DNA of 64,000 nucleotides from Tubulanus polymorphus (GCF_964204645.1 NC_134031.1:10416001-10480000), one strand, 5' to 3'. Positions 1 to 14,258 are shown, numbered from the stretch's first letter. The notes: generated by a model not told the origin, from the letters alone. Numbers and translations: made by a program.

Positions 1-565
1 TTAGTTGTCAGTACCACTCGGAGTAAGTGCTGACTAATTTTCTAAATTCCATTAGTTCAACTGTGTTTCTAGATTGAAGAAACAATGTGAATTAGTTCAA
101 GCGAACTGAAATCAGTCTTGACTAATTAAATAATTTCTTGATTTAAGAAACAATGCAAATTAGTTCTCCAAGTGAACTGAAATCAATCACAACAACTAAC
201 AAACTAACAATTTCCTTTGGCGTTACAATAATGATTAAGTTTATTTTCAAAAGAAATTTACAAAATACAAAAATATCACGTTAAGATTTTATGACGATAA
301 AATTTTGTCCGTATTAAACCATCCTCCCCGGCAGGGATTCGAAATCGAGATTAGCGATATGTATTCTGTATTTAAACTGCGCGGGAAATGGGCCGAGTTG
401 GTTGGGACAAAAAGGACTAGTTGGCAGTGGGCCGACTTGACCGTACTCCATTTTGAATGTATTCACAGTTCATATTAGCGCCATTCTCGCGAGATTATCA
501 ACAACCCGGAAATAAAATCCAAGCCCATCGCCAAACCCCTACGTACATTACCTACAACTCTGATG

Positions 566-1042
566 CACAGGGACTTGACACAAAAGGATTTTGACCCCAG
601 TATCCTAGGTACTATAGGCCTATATAAAAAGACAAGGGAGCCAACTCTCCGTCAGATCGGTCGATAGGTATGTCACCTCAACAGTTCGTAACTTTGTTAT
701 TAATAATCCAATTCGCTTCAAGTAAGATAACAAATTTCTGCCTAGACCGATTTTTTTGGATTAATCGCACGATTTAACAATCTCAAAGCACTCAAATCCT
801 TCTCAAACCAACCAGTCTAACGCAGAAATTTGTTATCTTTAAGAATAATCTTACTTGAAGCGCTAATTTGTTATCTTTAAGAATAATCTTACTTGAAGCG
901 GATTGGATTATCAATAACGAAGTTACGAACTGTTAGATTGACATACCTATCAACCGATCTGACGGAGAGTTGGCTCCCTTGTCTTTTTATATATAGTACC
1001 TAGGATACTGGGGTCAAAATCCTTTTGTGTAAAGTCCCTGTG
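566..1042. mobile_element. Foldback MITE, CA...TG termini, 8-bp TSD (hAT/P-like)
   Basis: CACAGGGACTTGACACAAAAGG... at 566 is inverted at ...CCTTTTGTGTAAAGTCCCTGTG ending 1042; CTCTGATG duplicated at 558-565 and 1043-1050. Confidence 0.85.
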
Positions 1043-1091
1043 CTCTGATGCGAGCCCCTGGGCTATGCATCAATCCTGCATCAAATCGCTG

Positions 1092-1482
1092 TGGCTACTC
1101 GTACGGACCCGTACGGATTACTATGGAGGCTATTCGTACGGAACTAGGATCTGTACGCTAATAACTGTCGCTGATTGGCTGAATAACGCCGCGCATGCGT
1201 ACAGAGTTGCGCGAATTCAAGGAAAGTGTGGAGAATAGAGTTAGAGAAAAATAGAGCGGATCGAGCGAGACTCAACCCCGGGACAGTAAATTACTAGCGC
1301 AGCATCATACCACTAGACCACCGAGCTCGCTGAGAGTAGGCCCAATGTTTCAAATACATAGGGCCTACAGCCTCACCTTACCCTAACCCTATCCCTTCCC
1401 GTACGAACATTCCAGAGTAATCCGTATGGGTGCGTACGAATAGCCTACGAAATTATTCGTACGTGTCCGTACGAATAGCTAC
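1092..1482. mobile_element. Small non-autonomous element with CGTACG-rich inverted ends and an internal tRNA-like segment
   Basis: GCTACTCGTACGGACCCGTACG vs CGTACGTGTCCGTACGAATAGC; minus-strand A-box-like TGGTCTAGTGG near 1310-1320. Confidence 0.45.
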
Positions 1483-2778
1483 TTCGCTATCAAATTGTGA
1501 CAAAACAAGCCCTACTATTACTAAGTAGTTAGGTATGTTCATGTCCGCGCGGGGTGCCACTATCGATTGTTACGACCATTATTGATTAGGAAAAGTGTGA
1601 TGCGCGTTTTTACTACGCGTTTTGACATCGCGTAGTAAAATCATTCATAAAACCTGTCTATCAATGCAAATGAGCTAAAATCTTTTGGAACCAACCAATA
1701 AGATCGATCTTTATCACTTGGGGGTTGGTTTAGTGTATAAATCCGCATCTTAGTCGAAGAAAATAGAAATCGAAATATACCCTTTTTCAAGAGCAAAATT
1801 AGTCAGCTTAGGACCCGGAATAAGCGACGAATCATCAGGAATCGGAAGGTTTAGGATCTTAAAATTCAAATACTGAAGACCGCATGATTTTATTTCGTGT
1901 CGGGGCTGAGCGATCGCTGCCGGAATAGTCGATGTCTAAGTTTCGCGTTGAAGCGAGCGATACAAAATGGCGGCCGGCACTTGTTATTGAATGACGACGC
2001 GCCGCGCTGCTCGTGATGAGATCAATATTCAACAATTATTCAACGGTCTAGCGGTGAATTATTGTATTCATTTTCCGATTCATAATTATTCATCACTATA
2101 TTTCTGAATATTAAGGACAGATTTAGCGAAATGATCGGCAAAAAATTTTTTTTGCGCGCGGATCGCCACTACGCTCCCGTCGGTAAAGCGGCTGTTGAAA
2201 GAGGGAGGCGTCTTATGGGATGAATTAAGGCTTGTGACGGGCAAAAATAGAGGCGCGTGATGGGACAGTGAGGCTCCCGAGGGGATTTTCCAAAAGCAGC
2301 AAAATTGAAATATATACAAAATATTGTTGAAATTTACCTCAAAACAAAACAAATGGATTATTATTTAGTTATTATTAGTAGTATTATTACTATTGCTTGG
2401 TTTATGTTTCTAAACTGATTGATTTTATTATGATATCATGAATATATTTCAAATTTAAGCGTTTTGAGCTAGGCCAAGCCTAATTTTCTGCTTTTCTTAA
2501 CTAAAATTCATTTAGCAAATAATATATAGAATTGGTATATTTAAATCAATTTGCAATAGGAGCCTATGGCTATAGACCTAACTGACAGGCCTTGATAATC
2601 ATGTTTATTCATTTCAAAAATTATGTAGGCCTAGTGAAAAAAATAATTTAATCTGAAATCATATCAATATTTCTCAATATTTCACATTTTTTCTTGCCGT
2701 TACCATGGAAACCTAATAATAATAATCTATATAATAATAGATATTCCTAGATAAACTTAGGGCAAACATAAACTATTG

Positions 2779-3334
2779 ATAACTAATGTCTATTTATTAA
2801 TGGATGAGACCTGTTTTTCTTGGATATTTTGCTTACTTTTTGGGGTACATACCTCATTTATGTCTTAACAGAATGCCAAAAATCGCGGACAACAACTGAA
2901 TATCCGATATATTTCCAGTTCTGTACCAATTAGATGGATTGGCAAAAAGACTCCTTAAGTCCAATTGAATGAGAGAGAAAATCCTCCATTTTGTGAAATT
3001 TCTTGAATTTTTACATTGTCACCATGCCTACGAAATGAAGTTATTTTTCTTGTGGGGTCTCAACAACTAAATCAGGGTGGTGTAGGCATGGTAACAATGT
3101 TCAAATCCAAGAAATTTGACAAAATGGAGGATTTTCTCTCTCATTCAACTGGACTTAAGGAGTCTTTTTGCCAATCCATCTAATTGGTACAGAACTGGAA
3201 ATATATCGGATATTCAGTTGTTGTCCGCGATTTTTGGCATTCTGTTAAGACATAAATGAGGTATGTACCCCAAAAAGTAAGCAAAATATCCCAGAAAAAC
3301 AGGTCTCATCAATTAATAAATAGACATTAGTTAT
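2779..3334. repeat. Long near-perfect palindrome (arms about 250 bp, loop about 50 bp)
   Basis: ATAACTAATGTCTATTTATTAAT...CCATGCCTAC inverted as GTAGGCATGG...ATTAATAAATAGACATTAGTTAT. Confidence 0.9.
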
Positions 3335-3628
3335 TCTATCCCCTTTCTACATCATAACTTTTGATCTAACATCGATATTTTCATTATTTTACCATTTTTC
3401 GGCTGGTTTCCATGGAAACCATAGGCATTTTGAATCAGATAAAAATTTTGGGTCTTTTAACTGTCACCTGAAAGTGCTATGAGTGTATTGCTCTTTAAAT
3501 TTCTAGTCTATCTCTTTTAGTTTAAGAGATATTGAAGTTTGTTTACATGAAATATTGCCTTCTTAGGTCACAGTTTTTGTGTATTGAAACATGAAGACAC
3601 TTTTTGCTCAAATTTTCAAACTTCATAT

Positions 3629-3840
3629 TGCGATATCTCAAAAACTAATGAAGATAATTCAAAAATTTAAAAAGCATATTGTTATTTGAGCCCTCCCCAT
3701 TCCAACAAGCTTTCTTTCAGTAAGATTGGAGCTATTTGAATTTTTTTATGGATATAGCTTAACTAGTTAGTAACTAGGCTCAAATAACAATATGCTTTTT
3801 AAATTTTTGAATTATCTTCATTAGTTTTTGAGATATCGCA
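3629..3840. repeat. Inverted repeat with arms of about 64 bp
   Basis: TGCGATATCTCAAAAACTAATG...TTTGAGCC and its reverse complement at 3777-3840. Confidence 0.8.
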
Positions 3841-4196
3841 TTAGTTAGTGAAATATCCACCTGACTTCCTTCTTTTTAAGCTTATATATACCGAAAATTA
3901 CCCATGCTTACCCCCAAACCAAGTAATTAGTTTTTGCAGACTTCGGCCACGCAAATTCTCCGAATATAACTTGGTCATCTTTGTTCGATATCGTTTTTTG
4001 TGCAATTGTATATTGCCTCAAAACGCTCAATACATCCGCCATGTTCAATGAGCAAGATGTTCCATGTCACTCGACAATGAATTCATTCAATTCAATTCAA
4101 ATCTTTATTCGTGACTGATCTTTGCATAAGACTGGTAACCGGTCTCTGTCTTCATTTTAGACTGGTTGCCGGTCTATCTACCTTCAGTTAGAGACC

Positions 4197-4515
4197 ATCC
4201 TCGCTTGCCAGGGGTCCGGTTTCACTCCCGAAATCGCTTCCACCAGCCCCCTGGCCTCACGAAGCGTGATTTCATTACTGGCGCTGTTGCGCGTGACGTC
4301 ATATATCGATTTGTGAAATACTTCCTTGTTCAGTAAAACGTTCGCTGATTGGTCAATTTAACAGGAAAACTAATAGAAGGCTAAAGTCGTTTGTAAGAAG
4401 CGCTGTGATTGGTACGACGGATTCTGGTCGGCTAGTAACGACTCCAACGACTCGTGAGGTCAAGGGGTTCGGCGAACAGCTTTAGCGTAGTGGGTTCGAA
4501 TCCCTTGACGGGTGA
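4197..4515 (+). repeat. Interspersed repeat of about 320 bp; inverted copy at about 13550-13827
   Basis: Shared CATCCTCGC.TGCCAGGG...GGCCTCACGA.GCGTGATTTCATTACTGG...GGCTAGTAACGAC...GAGGTCAAGGGGTTCGG. Confidence 0.75.
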
Positions 4516-5984
4516 AGATGGTTAGAGACCGGTTGATCCCATCCTCCATTTTACATTTTCGATGCATGTCAAACATGTCAGTATCGAGTTACTTCCGGGT
4601 TAAAATGGCGTCTCATCGAATAAGCGAAACTAAGAGTAATATCAAAATCGCACTAGAATGATTGATTACAGTAAATCAGCTGATAATCTATGAATCATAA
4701 ATGTAATCAGCAAACAAACGGAAATTTAAAGACCGAAGAAAAGGCATTAATTGCTGTGAGTATCGAATTAATCCGCTGATATTACTCGGAATTCAAATAG
4801 CCACTACTGAATTGATACTTATCAATTTTGTAGGTAAGAAAAAGGGATCAGCTGTGATAGACATTCTGAGGGAACTTGGCTGAAGGGCGGCATGGTTTCT
4901 TTGTCAACCTTACCGGGTATGTAAAATATATTCACTCAATTGTTGTGTTTCTGATGATGTGAAAATGACTAAAGTCTGAATAAAGTTTACAATAGTTGAA
5001 CTCCTTGTCAGTTTGATATCTGATATTTGGATCCAACGCGACATCTCATCATATATTCCTTATGATACAGACAGCAATTTGGGATAGACCAGTTATTCAG
5101 ATCAACTGGATATTTGCAATATTTTCCTCTCCTCATGGAGCATACATGATTTTTGTCGGAAACAACTTGATGTTACTGTTACTACTGAACTGTCAATCAA
5201 TATGACCTATATGTAACTCTGCATGCAGCCCCCTTTTCCGCCACTTGGCACGCTTTTCAATATAAAATAACTTAATAAGTTATTTTATATAGTAGCGTGA
5301 CGACCGTCTGATAATGATTGTTAACGACCAATTGTTTATCGAAACTTTATAGCGGATAAATAAACAATATAAACACAAGGTATTTCCGTGATATTTTGAA
5401 TTTATTCGCAGTTTATATTTAGCGCCATTCTCGCGAGATTATCAACAACCCGGAAATAAAATCCAAGCCCATCGTCAAACCCCTGTGGTCCATATATATG
5501 TTATAGAAAAATACTTGCACGGAATTTTTTTTTTCAAGTACGAAAATTCCAGCTTACTGCAACCTGTTGTCCCAAAAATAGAAATGATCCTCTGAAAAAA
5601 TACGAAGAATGCCTCATCATCCAGTTCACAATTGCGAGTTGAAATTAGTCAAAGCATAACTCACGCCTTACATCTATGGAACGGTCCCAAATCGATTGAA
5701 CAACAAGAGAAAACTTAATATATGCTTATATACGTATATGATACGAATGGAATAAATTTATTTGGATAATTCACTTGTTTGTGTAAATATGACATACAAG
5801 ATTATCTAGACAATAGGCCTACAGAGTCAACAACTATGGTTTACCAAACAAGTTTTTAGTGGTAACAATTAAACCACTGCCTCTAGGAAGTCATGAAGAA
5901 AGCACCCTTCCCACGTTTTAGTTCCCAGGTACTCGCTCCATGACTACCACAAAAGCAGTGAAATAACAATTACCTCATATACAT

Positions 5985-6520
5985 ACATCAAAGTGAAAAC
6001 AGTACACCAAAGATGTATATACAAAAACCATAGATAGATCTGTGTAATAATAGAAGTATAAATAATATATTGCAGTGAAAACAGTATACATAAGATGTAC
6101 ATATAAAAACAATGAATAGATCTGTAATAATGCATGTATAAATAATATATCACAGTGAAAACAGTACACCAAAGATGTAAATATAAAACAATAGATAGAT
6201 CCGTGTAATAATACATGTATGAATAATATATCACAGTGAAAACAGTACACCAAAGATGTAAATATAAAAACAATAGAAAGATCTGTGATAATACATGTAT
6301 AAATAATATATCACAATATATAATATAAAAACAATAAATAGATCTGTAATAAATAATATCACACAATAAAAACAGTACACCAAGGATGTAAATATAAAAA
6401 CAATAGATAGATTAATAACATAAATATAAATTATATATCACAGTGAAAACACAACACATCAAAATTATAAACAATATGTAAAAATATTTAAAAAAACAAT
6501 AAATAGATCTGCAATAGATA
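5985..6520. repeat. AT-rich minisatellite, unit about 80 bp
   Basis: Recurring CAGTGAAAACAGTACACCAAAGATGTAAATATAAAAACAATAGATAGATCTG. Confidence 0.85.
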
Positions 6521-7011
6521 ATCTATTTATGTGAAAAAAGTACACCAAAGATGTGAAAAAAAAGTCATAAGCACACAAAAAGCACCAGTAGGAAATCAGC
6601 GTGAATGATATTATATGCGTGCAAGAATATGTTTACCAGTGAATGTTAAGTACATGTATATTAAGTTAAAACATGAATTTCATTACCTTTTCATATAAAG
6701 CTAAAAGAGATAAAAGTTAAAAATTGAATATTAATTTTGATAATTTATACAACACAATGCCACGTAAAGCTAACAAAGATGAAAGTTTAAATTGTACAGC
6801 TATATATTAATTTCAATTGCTATATGGTATTACAATGTCATAGAATTCAAATGCATAAGGAGGTTATATGTTTATAGGCGATGGGCAGAATAAGAAAAGG
6901 AATAAACCCACAACAAATGAAGATAAATCCACGAGACAAAAGAGATATAAGATGAATCCACAGATAAAAGAATGAAGATGAGCCCAGAAGGTAAAAGATA
7001 AGAGGTCTACT

Positions 7012-8340
7012 ATAACTCAAGCTCAATGAGATCTACTTTCACATAACAACTCACGCTCAATGAGATCTACTTTCACATAACAACTCACGCTCAATGAGAT
7101 CTACTTTCACATAACAACTTACGGTCAATGAGATCTACTTTCACATGACAACTTACGCTTGATGAGATCTACTTTCACATAACAACTTACGGTCAATGAG
7201 ATCTACTTTCACATAACAGCTCACGCTCAATGAGATCTACTTTCACATAACAACTCACGCTCAATGAGATCTACTTTCACATAACAACTCACGCTCAATG
7301 AGATCTACTTTCACACAACTAACACTCGGAAGGCATCCTCACCTAAAAATCTTAATAATGGACCCAATACCTTGAAATGCAAAAAAAGGGAAATGAGCGA
7401 ATGACTTGAAGACTTCCCTGGAAGGAGAGAATTGCTATGGGAAGAATAAGAAAAGGAATAAACCCGCAACAAATGAAGATAAATCCACGAGACAAAAGAG
7501 ATATAAGATGAATCCACAGATAAAAGAATGAAGATGAGTCCAGAAGGTAAAAGATAAGAGATCTACTTTCACACAACAACTTACGCTTACGCTCGATGAG
7601 ATCTACTATCACACAACAACTTACGCTTACGCTCGATGAGATCTACTTTCACATAACAACTCACGCTCAATGAGATCTACTTTCACATAACAACTCACGC
7701 TCAATGAGATCTACTTTCAAATAACAACTTACGGTCAATGAGATCTACTTTCACATAACAACTTACGCTTGATGAGATCTACTTTCACATAACAACTTAC
7801 GGTCAATGAGATCTACTTTCACATAACAACTCACGCTTAATGAGATCTACTTTCACATAACAACTCACGCTCAATGAGATCTACTTTCACATAACAACTC
7901 ACGCTCAATGAGATCTATTTTAACATAACAACTTACGGTCAATGAGATCTACTTTCACATAACAACTTACGCTCAATGAGATCTACTTTCACATAACAAC
8001 TTACGGTCAATGAGATCTACTTTCACATAACAACTCACGCTCAATGAGATCTACTTTCACATAACAACTCACGCTCAATGAGATCTACTTTCACATAACA
8101 ACTCACGCTCAATGAGATCTATTTTCACATAACAACTTACGGTCAATGAGATCTACTTTCACATAACAACTTACGCTTGATGAGATCTACTTTCACATAA
8201 CAACTTACGGTCAATGAGATCTACTTTCACATAACAACTCACGCTCAATGAGATCTACTTTCACATAACAACTCACGCTCAATGAGATCTACTTTCACAT
8301 AACAACTTACGCTTGATGAGATCAACTATCACACAACAAC
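7012..8340. repeat. 34-bp minisatellite in two blocks
   Basis: Tandem AATGAGATCTACTTTCACATAACAACTCACGCTC, no spacers. Confidence 0.95.
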
Positions 8341-8548
8341 TAACACTCGGAAGGCATCCTCACCTAAAAATCTTAATAATGGACCCAATACCTTGTAATG
8401 CAAAAAGGGAAATGAGTGACCGACTTGAAGACTACCGTGGAAAGAGAGAATTGCTACACTTTGAAAAAGTCACAGAGAAAACACCCTTCCCACGTTTTAG
8501 TTCCCAGGTTCTTGCTCCACAACTTTCTCAAAGCAAAATCTAAGGAAT

Positions 8549-8780
8549 TTACATGTTCGGGTCACAGGAAAGACAAAACCATTTCTCAGTCAATGGTTCA
8601 TCGGTCAAACCAACACATTTCCAGTGAAACCATTGGTCACATGTATCGCACCCAATTGAGTGATGTTTATTTGGGTTAGCGCTACAGTTCTGTTTGCATA
8701 CAGGACACCTCCATTGTCTTTGAATTTTTGTTTCAGCTATAAATTCGGATGGACATTTCTCTTTCTTCTCTTTACAGACA
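8549..8780 (-). pseudogene. PHD-finger C-terminus of the Mutator-like gene, separated from its body by the IS3EU insertion
   Basis: CPVC...IGCDTCDQWFHWKCVG...WFCLSC (C4HC3); frame joins 17386 when the insertion and one TSD are removed. Confidence 0.8.
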
Positions 8781-8786
8781 CTTTTG

Positions 8787-9360
8787 TATGGTGGCTGATA
8801 AGGGCCATGGCGTAAAATTCCTGGTATGTAAATGAGGGCGCCAGAACGCCAGAACGCCAAAACGAAAAAAAACGTCCAATTTTCTCTTAAAGTTCGTTTT
8901 GGCGCGCCAAAACAAAGAAAATTCCGTTTTGGCGCCCCCGCCAAAACGAACTTTCATTTTGGCACCCCCGCCAAAACGAACTTTCGTTTTGGCGCCCCCC
9001 GCCAAAACAACGAAAAACGTCGAAATTTCTCTAAAAGTTCGTTTTGGCGCGCCAAAACGGAGAATATTCCGTTTTGGCGACCCCGCCAAAACGAACTTTC
9101 ATTTTGGCGCCCCCGCCAAAACAACGAAAAACGTCGAAATTTCTCTAAAAGTTCGTTTTGGCGCGCCAAAACAAAGAAAATTCCGTTTTGGCGCCCCCGC
9201 CAAAACAACGAAAAACGTTGAAATTTCTCTGAAAGTTCGTTTTGGCGCGCCAAAACAAAGAAAATTCCGTTTTGGCGCCCCCGCCAAAACGAACTTTCAT
9301 TTTGGCGCCCCCGCCAAAACGAACTTTCGTTTTGGCGCCCCCGCCAAACAGCGAAAAACG
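8787..9360 (+). repeat. Left TIR of the IS3EU element with internal GGCGCCCCCGCCAAAA/TTTTGGCGCGCCAAAA repeats
   Basis: Reverse complement of about 16856-17379. Confidence 0.9.
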
Positions 9361-10058
9361 TCGAACTTTCTTTGAAATTCCGATTCGTCTCCCTTCGATT
9401 TTGTTACGAGTCGGATCTAGGTATACGTGATAATACATATCGTTGGCGATGGTGGTGGTGTATACATAAACGGACTAACGAACAGGTATGTAGCCTATTC
9501 AGGGTTAAATGCAGGGGTTGCTTTGGGTCCTCGAGAACCCCTCCCACTTGGAAAACTACTTTTCAAAGTAGACATGTTAGGCCTACATCTTAAATGTATG
9601 AGATGATCAAGTAGCGCCTAAAAACGCTTACAATGCATGAAAATGGGATTAAGTTTTTAAGATTTCTCGGGATGACCAGCAAAGCACCACCGTACCCCCT
9701 CGACCCCCACTCCTTAAATACTGGATCAGCCCCTGGTATCATTTAAATCCTATACATTGCCTCGCATTGCTTAGCTCACATAGGCCTATTCATAAACTTT
9801 GTTCTTTAATATGCCAATATATGTTAAAAATCGATTGATTTTCGGCCGCTGAAAACTTATTAAAAAAACCGATGTCGTTCTCTGGTATGCGCAGGCAATA
9901 TAACACGTACTGGTAGTATTCTAAGTTTTCGACGTGAACCGTTTCTCTCGTACTGCCTAATCATTGTAAGCGACGATTATTTTGCTCGGTCTGCATTAGT
10001 GAAAACTAATGAATTATAATCATTCAATGGCGTTTATTCGTAAATGTCTTCTTTACAG

Positions 10059-12653
10059 ATGGACAATATACTCCTAGAATTGGGAATAGGCCAATACATT
10101 GCAAAGTTTCTCGAAAATAAGGTACCGTATTTCAATACTTTATGTATACACAGACTTGCCCCGATTGGTAATGCTATAGGGCCATAACTTCTGAAAATGT
10201 ATCATATTTTAATTTCTCATCCAGATAGGTGTTAGTGACGTCACGACCATGACAGATAGTGATTTTGAAGCAGCAGGAGTTACAGCTATCGGGGATAGAG
10301 TCCGGCTAAGGAATAGGTGTAGGATAGTAAATTCTCAGCCTAAAGAAGAAGAAAATGTGTCTAGTGCAGGTAATAATTTGAGTTTTAAGATAAATCACGT
10401 GCTTAATTCCAACTTTCATGACCGTTGTCACTGACCGTTACGCTAATTCAATTCTGTCCATGAGATTGTGCTATCAGAGGGTTATACTTTTAGAGAGGTT
10501 ATGCAGGCTTGTGCCTATTTCTCGTGATTAAGCTAAGCTGAGGTCGACTTACGACGATCATCTCGTCGTAAAAACAGCGGTAGTAAACACGTGACCGCCG
10601 ATTGGCGATTCGTTTGTCACAGTCAGATCGACACCGATTCAATCATCGCCGAGTCCAAAGGTCATTTGACGCATAACTCATCGCTGAAATAGAACTTGTT
10701 CTATCCTTGCGATTCGACTTACGACGGGTCTGCGATCAATGGATTTTTTTACAAATTTGTAAATTGTTTACTTGAAATATATAACACTTTCCTTTATTAT
10801 TTCATTTTCAGGATCATCTAGTGTTTTGTGCAGGTTGAGAACGCAATTTCAAAAACGGAAGGCCGGCACCAAGAAATCAATGACGACAAAAAATGCAGAG
10901 AAAGATACACGACGAATAAAACTAGGTTGGAAACACGCCATCAAAAGCGGGACCTTTGTACTAGTTACTGCAAGCAAGGGTGGGGGGACACACACTTTGG
11001 ACCTGAAAATAGAAATGAACTTGTCGGCCTTAACCATGGAGTTCTTAAACCTATTTTTTCCAGACGGCAAATCGAATGCGATGAACCTAAAAATCAATGA
11101 TGTGAGCTATTACTTAGCAAATTTCAATGGTAATCGGTTATGTGATTATCTTGAGTGTGGTAATGTTTTTGGTCTAGAGGCCTACATCGCAGCACATAAA
11201 ACAAACCCTATTAGGCTCTATCTTCACACAACTGTTTTAGTTGACGATAGTGATGATGAAACATCCTTGCCATCCGTGTCATCCTTTCTTGCTAATACCC
11301 ACCAGCCGATTTCTGAGTCAACTTTACCTATGTTTTCGTTGATGCAACCGGCATTGTCGTTTACGCCAGCAGCCTCATCTACAATTTCGGCTAGTAGTGA
11401 TATTCAACCTATCGTTTTAACTACGCATACCCAATCTGCCCATACACTTTCAACTCCATTTGCGGCCGGGATTCAGTCTGGTACCTACCGGTGCTGTTGG
11501 CATACATACGGGTGCAAATGATACACATTCTCGTGATGGTATAGCAGATATCAACTTTAATGATTTCGAATTGATACAGCCTGATACGCCTCTAATTCAG
11601 TTCAGAGTACAGACGAGTGGCGAGTTATCACAAGAAGAGATAAATCGCATTGAACGGGAAGGATACAACCTTCTGGTTCGCAGAACAGCCATGGTCGAAG
11701 ATATGATAAACGCTTTTTGTGATGCATCGGTGATGGGGAAAATAATAAATGCTCGAATGATACTCCCTCATGGAAATGTTGAAGCCGGAGAAGGACACGG
11801 TGTCTTTCGAGAGTGTCTTACTGAATTTTGATCAGAATTTAGAAAGCAATGTATGACGGGTAGTAGTCAGATGATCCCTCTCATACGCCATGATTATGGC
11901 ACAGAGAAATGGGAGGCTTTCGGACGCATCATCGGTAAAGGATTTCAGGAAACATCATATTTCCCAATATTCCTCGCGCAGCCATTTGTTTCCGAATTGT
12001 TCTTCCAGCAGGATGATAGCGTAGACTTGGTCGAATCATTCCTGAAATATGTTTCTCCGTCTGAGGAGCTGGTATTTCGACGCGCATTGGCTAATTTCGA
12101 TGATGAAGCAAATGACGTCGAAGAGATAATAGACATACTGGGGGGATATGAATGTCGGAAACTTCCTACGAAGGAGAACTTCTCCATGTTGATTCGGGAA
12201 ATTAGTCACCAGGAATTGGTGCAAAAGCCGAGATTTATAGTTGATTGTATAAATCCTATGATACAGAAATATGTAACAATATCATATAAACAGTACCTCG
12301 ATCTTTGTACGGATCTTAAACCCTCCTGTCGCAAAGTGGTAGAATTACTTTCTTTTCCAAACGTTTTGTCAGCTCCTCAGTCAAATGTTGCTACGTTACT
12401 GAAGAGATATGTCAGATCATTGGATGAAAGCATGTTATCTAAGTTCCTCCGCTATTGTACTGGTTCTGACATCTGTAACTGCCAAAAGATTGACGTGACC
12501 TTTACTAAGGTAGACGGTCTCCAACGAGCTCCCGTTGCTCGAACATGTGCCCAGATATTGGAGTTACCAGAAACATATGACGAATACGTCGAACTGAAAC
12601 AAGAATTCGATAATATTCTCCAGAGCAATGTTTGGGTTATGGACGTCGTATAA
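10059..12653 (+). pseudogene. Spliced SAM-domain plus HECT E3 ligase-like cargo gene, disrupted
   Basis: Exons MDNILLELGIGQYIAKFLENK / IGVSDVTTMTDSDFEAAGVTAIGDRVRLR (SAM); GEGHGVFRECLTEF...KFLRYCTGSD...PVARTCAQILELP (HECT with catalytic Cys); frameshift near 11460-11520 and in-frame TGA at 11829-11831. Confidence 0.75.
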
Positions 12654-13362
12654 AATTATTCTAGAAACGAAATGACGTAATCCACGTAAGTTTCATATTT
12701 TCAAAGTTGGATCAAAACGTGTTTAAGTTCTTTTGTTTAGGCCAAAAGTGGTGTGTTTATTTTTAATATTGCCAGCCCTGATGTCGTTTCTTTTATCATA
12801 GAATTACTTAGTGACGATCTTTTTAATGATAGAAGTAATTATTCATGCAGTGCATTTTGACCAGGTTCTACAGTTCTCGGTTAAGTTTGACTGTAGAGTT
12901 AAAGCATTGGAAATATTGAAAAAAACCGACTTAACTCTCGAGTCAAACCTTACCGAGAGCTGTTAAACTTGCTCCTTATATATGTCGTTTCAAATCAGGG
13001 CATCAATCATGACCAAATACGTTTTTTGTTTGTATTGAAAACAGGGCGATTTGGGGATGCCACTTCTCTGCTGTCAAGTTATGTTTTGTCTCGAAATTGT
13101 AAGACAATCATCTTTAAGTACATATTGATATATTGTATCAACACGGTATTAAAACGTAGATAATGTTTTAAGGCTTTTAAGAGAAACTTTGATACTTCGA
13201 TTAAAATATTCAAATATCTTCACTTCATTGCGTTTTCGTTCTTTCATGGTGTCTCACTTTCACTTGAGCTGCAAATGATATCGTAGTACGAAAGTGTCAT
13301 TGGCACGTATTCGAACACGATTAAATTATATACTGTCAAAATTGCACATTCATATAGAGATA

Positions 13363-13536
13363 CAGTGGAACTCGTTATAACTAACTGGGATACAACGATT
13401 CATCGGACATAACAAATACAAGATTGTGTCCCACATTAGACAATTTGATTAATTTCACACTGGATATGACGAAATATCTGTTAAAATGAACAATATTTTC
13501 TGGTCCCCAGAGGTTCGTTGTAACGAGGTTCCAATG
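13363..13536. mobile_element. pogo/Tigger-like MITE nested in the IS3EU element
   Basis: TA|CAGTGGAACTCGTTATAAC...GTTGTAACGAGGTTCCAATG|TA. Confidence 0.75.
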
Positions 13537-14258
13537 TATGCATCTTCACCTGTCATGGGAATCGAATTCACTAAGCTAAAGCCGTGTTCCCCGAACCCCT
13601 TGACCTCGCGAGTCGTTGGTGTCGTTACTAGCCGACCATAATCCGGTCGTACCAATCACAGCGCTTTAAGCAAACGACATTATAGGCTTCTGTTGGTTTT
13701 CCCGTTAAATGGACCAATCAGCGTACAATGAGGTATTTCAACCAGTAATGAAATCACGCGTCGTGAGGCCAGGGGGTGGTGGAAACGAGTTCGGGGTGCG
13801 ATACCAGAACCCTGGCATGCGAGGATGAAAGTTATGTGACTTGTCCATAAGACCACTTTTTAAAAAACCGCTTCATAGAACTTTCTCAAAATAAATTTAA
13901 TCAAAAATACATCTTTTTGAACCATACGCAAATTTATTCTGAAGCGTTTTGAGAATAGCGGATACTGGAGTACGCTTTCGCAGATAATTCTCCATGTAAA
14001 TTGATGGCACGTGTATTCTATTTCTGAGACACCTACTTGAGATGGGGTTGAATAGCGAATTAAAACATGGGTAGTGTTAGTATGATGTATTACTAAGCCC
14101 AAACAGTCGCATGAATCCATGAAAAATTACAATCATATTCTTTTCAACGCGTAACGTATATCATAGATATATTTGAATCTTCGAAATACATCATGAACAG
14201 ACAACACATAAACCGTGCAGGACAGATACGTATAAAAATGATTCTAACATGTATGCTC

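Noticed and set aside
1258-1332. Possible tRNA gene (also B-box GGTTCGAATCCC near 4493)
   Set aside because: No complete cloverleaf; embedded in interspersed repeats
7012-8340. CRISPR-like 34-bp repeat
   Set aside because: Head-to-tail with no spacers, no cas genes, eukaryotic context
8772-9438. Overlapping ORFs in both IS3EU TIRs (also 16708-17577)
   Set aside because: By-products of stop-poor repeats
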